A DNA stretch of 62,930 nucleotides, the filler included. It is 11 parts of 11 records of this genome, joined end to end, with 100 filler letters (N's around TTAATTAATTAA, not from the genome) between each part and the next. Parts side by side here need not be neighbours in the genome. Positions count along the whole stretch, not along the records: positions 10,023 to 13,247 come from SRR15195285_413; positions 13,348 to 18,705 come from SRR15195285_415; positions 18,806 to 23,602 come from SRR15195285_417; 8 more parts are not named here. One strand, 5' to 3'. Under the pieces are notes generated by a model, which worked only from the letters and a program-made list of their open reading frames with translations, was not told the origin of the DNA and did not search any database. A program made the translations under genes and the position numbers. Shown here one piece after another: positions 11,318-21,710 of this stretch. The first letter of the stretch is position 1. The number at the start of each line of letters is the position of its first letter.

Positions 11318-13083
11318 TCAATACGTGGCCCCTTCTTCTACATCATCACTAGTGGCTGTCGGATACGCGAGCCTGACAAATGCAACATCGTGCTTGCCAA
11401 TTGTTGCGTTAAAGTTGCCCGTGGCTGGTGGGAGGTCCGACTGGTGAATGATGTCGCGTACATGCATGCTTTGCCGTGGAGATAGCCCAAGCTCTGTCCA
11501 GGAAACGGACAATGTCGTCTCCGTGGATCCACGATTTAGCAGCAGCACCGCGATGTCTGCTCCTGAGCCATGTCCCAATGTCCGGGCGAACACCTGTGCA
11601 GTGATATCTAGGGAGCGTGGTCCGCCCGGCGGCGGTACTGTTGCACCAGCGACCAAACACATCGGCACCGGCGTAGTAAAATCAGATGCTGCGGCACTAG
11701 GTGCTAAGGATATGGTCCCCGTCTGATGATTTAGTGTGAAATTCTGGGCCGTGCTGCCGTCACACTTGGTCAACGAGACTACCCCTCGCCCCTTATTGAG
11801 CCGAGCTTCTGCGGTGAGACAAGTACCAGCATTCACGTTTGTGATACTGTGGGCGCCGACCTTCCACTGTTGATTCTTGTACCCACACAACACTGTATTG
11901 TTTGGGTGACACTCGTGGACCTGCACAGGGGTACCATTAGCAATGTTGCACTCATACGCATCCAGGCACCCGAATGCTGAGCCACCAGCGCGTAGCGACT
12001 GATCAGCCTCGTTCTGCCACGGCAGCAACCCTACCGCTGCTGTGTGGTTGCATGGCACCAACGAAAGAGTACCATCCGGGGCATTCGTTGCAGGCCTCGC
12101 AGCCTGCGAGATTAGCACCGGGGGCTGAGCCCCTTTTGCCTGGTTGACAGCAACAATTTCAGAGTTGAGGATGAGCTCCAGACATTCCGGGTGGTCACGG
12201 CGCAGAGTTCGTAGATCCACACCCAAAATCAAGGGGCTTGCGAGGATCGCCCACACAGCATAGTGTGCTCGGTACTCCGCGAGTGTCATTCCACCTCCGT
12301 GTGACATCGCGCCTTTGCCATAGTTGCACACCTGGAGCATGTCCGCATCGTTCCACGAGCCTGGCACAGAGTAGTCAAGGCGTGACATCTGGAGCATCGA
12401 ATCTATGTCACCGATGATCCCGCCTTTCGCAGGACCGAGATACCAAGAATCGAAAGTGTTTGTGTACTCAATCAACAGAGCGTTGGCCAAGCTATGACGC
12501 TCTGTCGTAGTCCACTCCGCAGGTGTGCAATGAATGAAACCAGTGATCCCGAGCTCCTTTTGAGCCGTCCATTCTGCCGCTGTGCCCAGAGCTGGGGCGA
12601 CTGTGTCAGGACAAATCGAGTAATAGATTGATCGGTTGGTTGCGTTCAGTGCGTCACCTAGAGCCTTAAAGGCAGCGTATTGCGCGCCTGGCTGGATGCT
12701 CACTTTGCCTCCCGCAGTCGGGCCGCTCGTTGGCCCGCAGAAATCGACTTTCAAGTAGTCTACCTGCCAATCGTGCGCGTAAGTATCAGCGTCTATCTGG
12801 TAGTAACCCTGCGAACCTGGGCCGGTGCCACATTCGTGGGCTGAGATATCAGTGTAGACGCCTAAGAGTAGACCTTTGGCATGCAGGCGATCAGCGATAT
12901 GCCGCATTCCGTTGGGGAATTTTGCAGGATCGACGACAGGCTTGCTCGACGCTGGATCTCGAGCGCGCAGAATGGCACCGGCATCGATATTGATGTATCG
13001 ATAGCCAAGCTTGCTGAGGCCGGTGGCGATGAGGGCATCGGCAGTCTCCAGTATGTTCTTCTCATTGACCGCGTTTCCGAAAC
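11318..13083 (-). CDS. GH27 alpha-galactosidase-like protein with an inserted ricin-B (CBM13) lectin domain; 5' exon missing
   Basis: Exon starts after a CAG acceptor at 13084-13086 (FGNAVNEKNILETADALIATGL..YINIDAG..KFPNGMRH). Motifs GVYTD, YLKVDFC, PGSWNDADML, HYAVWAILASPLILG, ricin QQW/QNF repeats and a C-terminal beta-sandwich. Confidence 0.9.
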
Positions 13084-13148
13084 CTGACGCACGAAATCAG
13101 GGGAGTTTGAGCTAGTTTCCAGGGCAGCGCGGAGAGAGCGAGCAGCGC

Positions 13149-13247
13149 GCGCGAGAGGAGAGAGGGAAAGAGAGAGGGACAGAGAGGGAGAGAGGAAGTG
13201 GGAGGGAGGGAGGGAGAGAGCGTGCGTGCGTGCGTGCGTGCGCGCGC
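13149..13247. repeat. Microsatellites (GA/GGA)n and (GCGT)n at contig end
   Basis: Seen directly; typical of an assembly break. Confidence 0.85.
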
Positions 13248-13347
13248 NNNNNNNNNNNNNNNNNNNNNNNNNNNNNNNNNNNNNNNNNNNNTTAATTAAT
13301 TAANNNNNNNNNNNNNNNNNNNNNNNNNNNNNNNNNNNNNNNNNNNN
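13248..13347. other. Artificial contig linker
   Basis: N44-TTAATTAATTAA-N44. Confidence 0.98.
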
Positions 13348-13492
13348 GATCCCGTCCCAGCTGAGCGGTCGGTGGCTGTGGCGGCTGGCTGCTCTGCGGT
13401 GGCTGGCTGCGCTCCTGCGTGGGGTCGCGAGTGGACAGCAGCTCAGGCTGAGACTGTCCCGGCAGGAGCACCGCATCCTCGGCGACCACCAT
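13348..13492 (-). CDS. Possible N-terminus of an unknown protein, truncated
   Basis: ATG follows a CG-rich promoter-like tract; P/Q-rich MVVAEDAVLLPGQSQP.. runs into the gap. Confidence 0.35.
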
Positions 13493-14163
13493 CTACATCG
13501 ATCTCACCCGCGTGGCATCCTCGCGCGCGCGTGCGGCGCCGGGTCCGTCACGGGGTCAGATTTCAGAACTCAATCCACCGGTACAGTAATCAGTACATGT
13601 ATCAGGCAGGATCCTCATCATACATGTACCCGCCGGTATCGATCTTATCAGCTTGAAGCTGTTCCCCACACACGTACTCGCGTTCGCACTGGCACCAGAG
13701 CTCAATCGCCCCACATCCCAGGTACATGGTTCGTATTGTATGACAAGTTTCTAGCGCCCAGTGTTCTGACAACCGGCAGAAAGGGAGCTAGCGTTGCAAG
13801 GCATAGCATTGCTGGCCAGCTATCGATCGTAGCTCCTGTGCCATCTGTCAGCGAGTACCAGACCCATATACTATCAGAAAGCTAAGATCCTGAACTTTCT
13901 GATGATATATGGGTTTGCCACCTACAGACGAAGAGCTCGCGAGCTATAGAGCGGCAAAGGTCAGTGTTCTGACAACCGGCAGACGGGGGATGCTAGTAAT
14001 CACTAGTGTCAGACTAGAGCGACAGAAATAGGTTGCTGCTGGGCCTGCTGCGGTGACAGTGAAAACAATTGCGGTGGTACTCCCGTACCAGTCACTATGA
14101 ATGTACAGCGGGAGAATCGAGGGAGTTGCATGCTCTGAAAAACGCGATCGAATGCAGGGTTTT

Positions 14164-17100
14164 TCACATTTGCACAATTGCCCAAATGACCACAAGCAGT
14201 ATGGACGTGGTGACAGTTTGCGCGTACGATGTCTTCTCTGGCACCCCACCGCCCTGGCCCTGCGCCTCGGGATCGTCAGCAAGTGGCTCATAGTTGCACC
14301 CCGGTGGGCAAGTGCCGTTTATAATTGAGCAAGCCGGCGTGTGCGCAGCTGTTGCCAAGACTTCGTCGCACCCTATGGGACACGCAGGCTGCAGCGACGT
14401 GTGCGTGCTGCCAGCTACCCAGTCACTCAAGCTATATCTGGAGTCGATGTAGTCAGTCATCTCAACTGCGTCAAAGAAGATTGTTCTCTCGTCGCGAATT
14501 TGAGTATACATGCCCATCTTGAAAAAACTGAAGTCGGTGTCGTCTCTGTCGTTGAGGTTCAGTCCAGTCGCTTCGAACACACTTGTGCCGTCGATGTAGA
14601 TATTAATGTACCCCACAGAGCTATCCTGTGATGGTACCATGTGAATTTTCAGCGTGTGCCACGTGTCGGGGCTAAGGGTAGCAATTTGGTGATCGTCGTG
14701 TCGGTCGCCGGATAAGCCATAATGTTGGTAAGGGCTCTGCACATACAAGTGGTAATCTCCCTCGTTGCTGAGCCTTAACTCGAAGTTCGGATCAGAGCCT
14801 GGATATTGCTTGTGCTGGAATATGATCGTGGAATATCGCGTGACCTGATCCCAGGCGTCTGATGGGAGGTACACACTGGCGCTGATATAGACATCCCTGT
14901 CAGGAAAGGCGCGCGTGTTCCAGTCTCTGTTGCCCAGTTCTACTCGTTTGGTGTAGCTCTTCGGTGTGGATGATCCGTAATCGGAGCTATCGCCGTGAAA
15001 GCGAAGAATGTAGTCGCCTTCGGGAGCAACCACGTTATAGTCACTCGCTAAGACGCTGGTAATACTATGGATATTGCTCGCTACAAAGCGGGTTTGGACC
15101 CCATCGATATTCTCCCAGGTGCGGCTGTTGTCGTCGTACGAATACGTCAACCAGAATGGCGACGGATTGTTGCCGGCAACAGTACCATCTTCACCACCAG
15201 AAAATATGCGCCAGTTGTCACCGCTGATACTCGCGGATGATATCGTTCCTGGCCTACCGTCCAAGTTGCCGTACGTGACTTCAGCGCGAATGGTTTGGCC
15301 GCTCACTCCATGATCACTCACGACTAGTGTCGATGTTGTAGCTCCTGCAATTTCAGCATTATTCGCGTACCATTGGTACCTAGTCCCTTCGTTGCCATAA
15401 TCTGATAGCTGGGAAGCGTCGAGCGCAACTGTACCGGGTGCTGCGCTTGAGCCTGTCACATCCCGATTCAAACTTCCAAGCACCCGGAAAATGGCGCCAG
15501 CGTTGCCAAATTCACACGCAGTACCGTCGGTGCTGCTGCCCGTGCACGCTGCCTCGACTGCAGCGACTTCAGTCGCTATGCCTGTGCACGTGGCCTGTGC
15601 TGGAGCTGGAGCCGGAGCTAGAGCGTTGTCGACCGAGTCGCAGTCATCTGCCGACCCTTCTGCACTGTCCGTTGTTACCACAAGCTCTGGTGGGTTAGTG
15701 TTGTCGTCTCGGCGGCTCTCGCACTCAAACTTCTGCCAATTGACGCTCGAGTCCTCTACCCAGAAGGTCAACGCTGTGGCACCGTCGCTCACCGTCTCGG
15801 CAGTGAAAGCGCTCACGTCCCACTCGAACCATTGACCCGTGGCAGTCACATCCACGCTGGTAATTGCGTCGCCCTGAGTCGGGCCGTTGTTCCATGTGAC
15901 TGTCGTCTCGTCCCAGTCACCACTAGCCCTGTGCACTGTGAAAGCAGCGCCGCTGTCTTTCACATACGTTGTGTGCAGTCTGAGCTTAGCGGTTCTGACC
16001 TCTGCATCAGCGTAAGACTCCAGGCTGAACCGCAACACGCCGACGATTTGGGCGTCAGGTTTGCCATAAACCTCCACGTCCCGCCAGTTAGCGTTGTTGT
16101 CGGGCTCTGCTTCGAGTAGTGAAGCATCGTCCGTCGGGTTAACTGTGGTTGTGGAGGAGCACTCAGCTTCTCCACTTCCCGGATCAGTAGGAGGTGGTGG
16201 CGGTGGTGACGGCGGTGGTGACGGCGGTGGTGGCGGCGGTGGCGGCTCATCAGTACCTGGCATCAGTGTAGTTGACACTGGGCAAGCTGGCGAGGGCTCC
16301 GCCGCGGCCTCACTCGGGATAGCCACTGAGGCATGCTGGACGACAAACTCCGGCCTGTTCGAGTTCGACTCCCTGACACTGTTGACTTCGATCCTCTCGT
16401 AGTTGTTGTCGTCGCCCTGTATCCAGAACGTGATTGAGCTGAGATCGCCCCCCGCCTGGAGCCTAGCGTTGAGATACTCGCTGACGTCGAATTCTACCCA
16501 GCCAGTGCTAGAGATGGATACCGTTTGCAGTCTCTCCTGGGGATCCGGAGCGTTGTTCCAAGTCACTGAGTTTTCGTCCCACGATTCTGCGCCCACAGTG
16601 CTCCAAATTGCGAAGTTCCACGGACCTCCATCTTTCAGAGTGACGACGTACACCCGGAGCTCAGCGCTACGAATTTCGGCCGCGCCCACTAGGGAAGAGG
16701 CGTCCACTTTGAAGATGCCTGCAATCCAGACTTGAGTCGGTTTGGCGTAAATCTCAACTTTCCCCCAGTTTGCGTTGTTGTTCGGATTACCTTCGAGAAG
16801 CGACGCGTCGTCAGTAGGCCGAAGTGTGGCCGTGCTCAGCACGGTGCCAACGGCAATGCGAATGTGAGCAGACTCTCCCGTCTTCGAATTGGTGTCCGTA
16901 GCAACCACATAGATGGTGTATCCGTAATTTCCCTCGGGTGTCCAGCTGATTGAGTATGGTGAAGACGTCGCCGTGCCGAGGAGAACGGCGTCACTGTTTT
17001 CGTTCTGAATCGCGTAAAACTTCACGTCAACAATCGCGCCGTCGCCTTGCGTAGTGGATGCAGCGAGATTCACTGAGCCACCGGCAACGTCGTCGCCCGT

Positions 17101-18333
17101 TGAGTGGGAAGTGATGTTTGCTGTTGGTGGAGCGTTCCCGCTCCGAACACTCACCACGGTGGACGAGGCGACATTCCCGTCTTGATCTGTGACCCGTGCA
17201 GAGAACTCGTGGAGCCCATCTGTAGGCGGATTGAATGTCGCCGAGTACGGGTATGATGCGTCCTCGGCGACGAGACATCCGCCTTGAACGTAAAAGCTCA
17301 CTTTCGCGATCGAGCCAGGCCCGCCGATCCCGTCGGGATCGACGGCAGTCGCGCTCAACATAATTTCCTGCGAGTTGGTGTTCTCAGCGGTGATTGAAAC
17401 AGATGGCTTGTCCTGATGCTCAGCCACCCAGTCGGCCTCACTGCCGAACCCAATGCTGGCCAAGTCGGTAGTCATACCAACGGCGTCGAAGTAGATCACT
17501 CGCTCGTCACGAATCTCGGTGTACATGCCAAACTTCACGTACCCTCCTCCACTGCTCCTGACGCCTAGCATGTTCCTTCCAAATTCCTGGAACACCAGCT
17601 CGCCGTTAAGGTATACCCGCACGATACCATCGGAGCCAGTGGCCTTGCGATAGTAAATCTTCACGTCGTTCCATTGGTCTGGTTGTATAGTGGCGATCTC
17701 GCGGCCCTCATCGCCCTGCTCCCATAGGCCTTCGCCCCCCCTGTAGTAGAGCTTATAGTCCCCAAGGTTGCTGACACGAAGTGCTCCGTGTGGGTCGGAG
17801 GTCATCTTCCACTGCGTGATGACGGTGGAGTATTTGGAGACCTGATCCCAGTTCTCGGAGGGCAGGTAGAATGACGCGGTGTAGTACACGTCGTCGCCGT
17901 TCAAGTACGTGTAGCCGATGGAGCCTATCTCCGCTCTGTTCGAGGCGTAGCTTCCGCTAGGGACATAATCGTTGAGGCCCCGCTCGCGCCCGTCGGCGTA
18001 TACCTTGAGCACGCCCTGGCCCTTGCGCGCCCAGTCCAGCCCGGTGAGCACCTCGTGACCGTGCAGCGACGAGATGCCGAGGTATGTGTCGCAGTTTCTC
18101 GGGGAGTAGCCTCCGACCCCGCACTTGCATTCGGTGATCTCGTTGCCAGAGTTGCTGCACCCATCAACATTGGACTGGATGTTGATGCTGAAGCTGGGCT
18201 CCAGCGCAGGGCTCAGCGCAGGGCTGCCGTCGGGAAAGCCACTCTCCCAGTCTAGCTCGAAAGTAGGATTCTGCCCGCGCACTGACGCCAGCAGCGCCGA
18301 GGCCACGAGCGCGGACCGCGCCATGCCCAGCAT
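14164..18333 (-). CDS. Secreted, probably GPI-anchored protein: lyase-like jelly roll, 2 Ig, 2 DNRLRE/CBM96-like, Cys modules and a second lyase-like domain
   Basis: Intronless 1389 aa with a signal peptide. Two domains with RxE..Y..S.YLP..Q(W/H)K..(Y/F).K.GMY (PF14099-like). Two bacterial-type Ig repeats (V.FY..PYS), two PTDDASL.E..SA.LR domains, a poly-Pro linker and a hydrophobic C-terminus SILLVVIWAIVQM. Confidence 0.8.
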   Translation of the reverse strand: MLGMARSALVASALLASVRGQNPTFELDWESGFPDGSPALSPALEPSFSINIQSNVDGCSNSGNEITECKCGVGGYSPRNCDTYLGISSLHGHEVLTGLDWARKGQGVLKVYADGRERGLNDYVPSGSYASNRAEIGSIGYTYLNGDDVYYTASFYLPSENWDQVSKYSTVITQWKMTSDPHGALRVSNLGDYKLYYRGGEGLWEQGDEGREIATIQPDQWNDVKIYYRKATGSDGIVRVYLNGELVFQEFGRNMLGVRSSGGGYVKFGMYTEIRDERVIYFDAVGMTTDLASIGFGSEADWVAEHQDKPSVSITAENTNSQEIMLSATAVDPDGIGGPGSIAKVSFYVQGGCLVAEDASYPYSATFNPPTDGLHEFSARVTDQDGNVASSTVVSVRSGNAPPTANITSHSTGDDVAGGSVNLAASTTQGDGAIVDVKFYAIQNENSDAVLLGTATSSPYSISWTPEGNYGYTIYVVATDTNSKTGESAHIRIAVGTVLSTATLRPTDDASLLEGNPNNNANWGKVEIYAKPTQVWIAGIFKVDASSLVGAAEIRSAELRVYVVTLKDGGPWNFAIWSTVGAESWDENSVTWNNAPDPQERLQTVSISSTGWVEFDVSEYLNARLQAGGDLSSITFWIQGDDNNYERIEVNSVRESNSNRPEFVVQHASVAIPSEAAAEPSPACPVSTTLMPGTDEPPPPPPPPSPPPSPPPPPPTDPGSGEAECSSTTTVNPTDDASLLEAEPDNNANWRDVEVYGKPDAQIVGVLRFSLESYADAEVRTAKLRLHTTYVKDSGAAFTVHRASGDWDETTVTWNNGPTQGDAITSVDVTATGQWFEWDVSAFTAETVSDGATALTFWVEDSSVNWQKFECESRRDDNTNPPELVVTTDSAEGSADDCDSVDNALAPAPAPAQATCTGIATEVAAVEAACTGSSTDGTACEFGNAGAIFRVLGSLNRDVTGSSAAPGTVALDASQLSDYGNEGTRYQWYANNAEIAGATTSTLVVSDHGVSGQTIRAEVTYGNLDGRPGTISSASISGDNWRIFSGGEDGTVAGNNPSPFWLTYSYDDNSRTWENIDGVQTRFVASNIHSITSVLASDYNVVAPEGDYILRFHGDSSDYGSSTPKSYTKRVELGNRDWNTRAFPDRDVYISASVYLPSDAWDQVTRYSTIIFQHKQYPGSDPNFELRLSNEGDYHLYVQSPYQHYGLSGDRHDDHQIATLSPDTWHTLKIHMVPSQDSSVGYINIYIDGTSVFEATGLNLNDRDDTDFSFFKMGMYTQIRDERTIFFDAVEMTDYIDSRYSLSDWVAGSTHTSLQPACPIGCDEVLATAAHTPACSIINGTCPPGCNYEPLADDPEAQGQGGGVPEKTSYAQTVTTSILLVVIWAIVQM

Positions 18334-18705
18334 GTCGGTAGATCTTTATGTACGCAACTGGATCAGTCCAGCGCAGTGGTGCCGTGGTGTCGTCGTGCTG
18401 TGTGCTATGCTAGCTAGCGGTATGTGTACGACGAATTTAGAGTCTGCTGGTAGGGATAGCTGCCGCGGCTGGCGTGCTGTCTATCCTCGTCGCTCGCGGG
18501 CAGGCGCCTGCTGCCGTGACCTGGTACAGGGTTACGCGATGGCCCAGATCCATCACGCGCCAGCTCCGCGACGCTCAGCGAGCGTGCGTGCGCGCGTGAG
18601 AGCGCGCGCACCGCATCAGTGCGTATGCGAGGGCGGCGCCGGCGCGCGCGCGGTATAGGATCCTACCAGTACTCACAGAGGGCCGATTTGCCATGTTTGC
18701 TTCTG

Positions 18706-18805
18706 NNNNNNNNNNNNNNNNNNNNNNNNNNNNNNNNNNNNNNNNNNNNTTAATTAATTAANNNNNNNNNNNNNNNNNNNNNNNNNNNNNNNNNNNNNNN
18801 NNNNN
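18706..18805. other. Artificial contig linker
   Basis: N44-TTAATTAATTAA-N44. Confidence 0.98.
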
Positions 18806-19559
18806 TAATAAATCGTAATTCGTAATTCGTAATTCCTATGTACCGTAGTAGCACTCCCGGAAGACTACCGGTACCGGTATTGTCTATTGATATGCGCGAA
18901 TAGATATGTAGGACCTACATACTAGTATGCGAGGGCGGTTCCGCCGCGCGCGCGCATCTCGCGCGGCGCGCGGCGGCGGCGGCACAGGCTCGTGCTGACC
19001 TCGGACCAACCGCCCTCCGCCCTGTCTCCCTCTGGCTGGCTGGCTGTGTGTCTGTGGATGTGGAGATAGGAGGGGAGAGACGATACGAGGGGAGTGGTTG
19101 AGCGGGGGTGGGGATACACGGATTGATATTTATTGACAGGGTCTGGGTGGTGAGTGAGTGCACGTGCGTGCGTCATTCGAGTGGTTGGCTGGGCGCCTCG
19201 CTCGCACTCACAGCCTTGCTTCGTGGTCTGAGCGCACGACTCAGCTTGCTCACTCACAGCGCTCAGATCACGGCGTCGACGGAGGGCGTGTCCACAGCTG
19301 TGCACGCACTCCCTGCCTGGTGCGCTCTTGGTCGACAGGCAATCAGTGTGCAGTGGGTTCTCGCAGCGACGGACTGCCAAGGCGCAAGGGGCGATTTTTC
19401 GCCTCATTCAGTCCCTCAGTCAATTCTCAGGGCAGCTGGAGGGTCGAAGTTGGGCAGCTCTAGGAGGTACAGGAAAAGGGGTTGATGATGCAAAGATGGC
19501 GCTGTTCCTGAGAGACGATCGCGTCCCGGGGTAAAGCAGTGAGTGCAGTCGGGCGAGTG

Positions 19560-21570
19560 ATGGAGGAAGGGGTGCCACCCGAGGGCTTGACGCAGGCACC
19601 CGAGCCAGAGCCGCAGCCACAGCCGAAGCCGGCGCCAGAGTCACATTCCGAGCCTGAGGTCGAGGCGGGTGGGGTCGAGGAGGAACCTGTCGACGGAGTG
19701 GACGTAACGCCTCGATCGGGACCATCGCGGGGCTCAATGCGAAGGCAGAGGCGGGGCTCGGTCGACCTGCTTCTCGGTATCGGCAAAAACATCGTGCAGC
19801 AGGCCACTGGGAACCCCCAGCCGTCGGCAGAGTCCGACGTGATGAGAGAATCATCGCTGACCAACAAAGCGCTCGCGCGAGCGGGTAGCTCGCCGGAGCT
19901 TGAGCCCGGCGAGCTCGGCGGACAGCAGGACGCGGACGAGCAGCAGACAATGAGCGACGAGCCAGGCGTCGAAGACGAGGACGACGTGGAGGAAGAAGAA
20001 GAAGATGAAGAAGAAGAAGAAGAAGAAGAACAAGTAGACCCAAACAGCTGGCTGATGGACGAGGTGCCTGAAGACGGCGATCTGGTGCCAGGAACGCCCG
20101 TGCCGAGCTGGGTCATCACGGCCGACGGCCTGGCGGCCATCAAGGCGTCTGCGTTGCTGTCGGTCGCTGAGCACTGCGGCTGGAAGAAGCTAGAGAGCAA
20201 GAAGAAGAAAGGAGTGTTTGAAGAGTGGTGGTTTGTCCTAGTCCAGGACGCGCGCGAAGGCGTACTCCTTCTGGCGCAGTATGAGTCTCCTGAAGCGCTC
20301 GCGCCGACCGCGGTGCTAAAGCTGGAGCCAGGGCAGTTTACAGTCAGCCCGCCAAAAGAGAAGCGTAGCGAGATGCACTGCTGGCGGTGCGCGTACCCTA
20401 CAAAAGACGCTGCGCTCCCACCGGTTGTTTGCTTGTGTGTCGCGCTTTGCCTGATCCCTCTCACTCCCTGGTGCGGGGTCAGACTTGATGTGACAGGCCA
20501 GCACGAAGCCAAATACATCTGGGCCGCACGCACGCACGAGGACATGGACGGCTGGAAAGGAGTCCTGTCAAGATGGGAGGGCGGTACCGGAGCCGCGCTG
20601 GGACGAGGAGACAAGCTGCGGCAGTCCACGGCGGTAAAGCTGGTGTCACTGCCACACCAGATCGCTCCGAACGGAATGCTAGAGCATAGCGGCCGTGGAC
20701 CGGAGCGCATCCTCAAGGGCACGCCTGGCCCTGTGATCCAGGCGTTGGCGCTGAAGTGTGGGTGAGTACCACGCTGCCGCGCGTCGTTGTCTGTGGCTGC
20801 CATCGAGAAAGATGTGTCTTCGGCTCGCTAGTGGCAGCACACGCATGGTGGATCTGTCTTACTGCGTGGTCTGATGTAGATACCTGCGGAAAGAGTCCCG
20901 GAAGCTCAAGAAGTTTGCTCTGAAATGGTGTGCTTTCATCGATGCGGAGCATGTGGGTGTGACTGTGTCTCCGGTACAGGTCGGCATTGGGATGGGTGCA
21001 GTCAGCGACCCGCGACAACTTGGCTGGCTGTTGGTTTATGCAGATGCAGAGGCACAGGTAGCACAGGTCAGACGCGGCACCTCGGCCTTGCTGCCGTTTC
21101 TGCACTACTGTCACCATCCTGATGCATGGTACCTTCGTTTGTTTGTGATCTGCAGGAGTGTGTGCCGTTCGTTTCGGCGGCCTGTAAAGTTGGGTACCCG
21201 AAGAAGATTCGACCCGCGTACCCGTACTGTTTCAGATTTGAAGGCACCAAGGGGGCTTTCGCGGGGACGAAGTATATCTTCGCCGCGGACGTCGACGCGG
21301 TGCGTAGCAATGGGGGGTTTTCGCTTAGACCTCTCCTGCTCGTATGTCCACGCAGCGTCCAACGTACGTCACGAAACGACACATTCTGACTGTGGCCGTG
21401 GACAACAGGATGGTGCCGCTTGGATAGAAATATTGGACGCATTTACAAAGCAACCACGTGCGACGGGTGACTCTGATTCAACGTCAGCAGCAGGCTACGC
21501 GAGTCCCAGAGCAGTGGTGGGAGATGCATCCGCTCCAGGGGGGCGGCTCCGCAGCGCAACGGTAGGGTGA
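19560..21570 (+). CDS. Multi-exon tandem PH-domain protein with an acidic N-terminus
   Basis: PH1: HCGWKKLESKKKKGVFEEWWFVL..KYIWAARTHEDMDGWKGVL, with an in-frame intron at about 20387-20481. PH2 is split over later exons: YLRKESRKLKKF..YCFRFEG..KYIFAAD..WIEIL. Later exon boundaries are approximate. Confidence 0.7.
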
Positions 21571-21710
21571 CACCGGCCGACGGGGCTGGAGCCACAGAGA
21601 TCGTCGAGTTTTGCTGCGCTACGGGCGCGATGGGAAAACGATTGAGAGGAAGTTCCCCTTTGTGTCTCTGTGTAGAAGTTGTGAGTAATTGCCGAAGCTT
21701 GATTTGCTCT

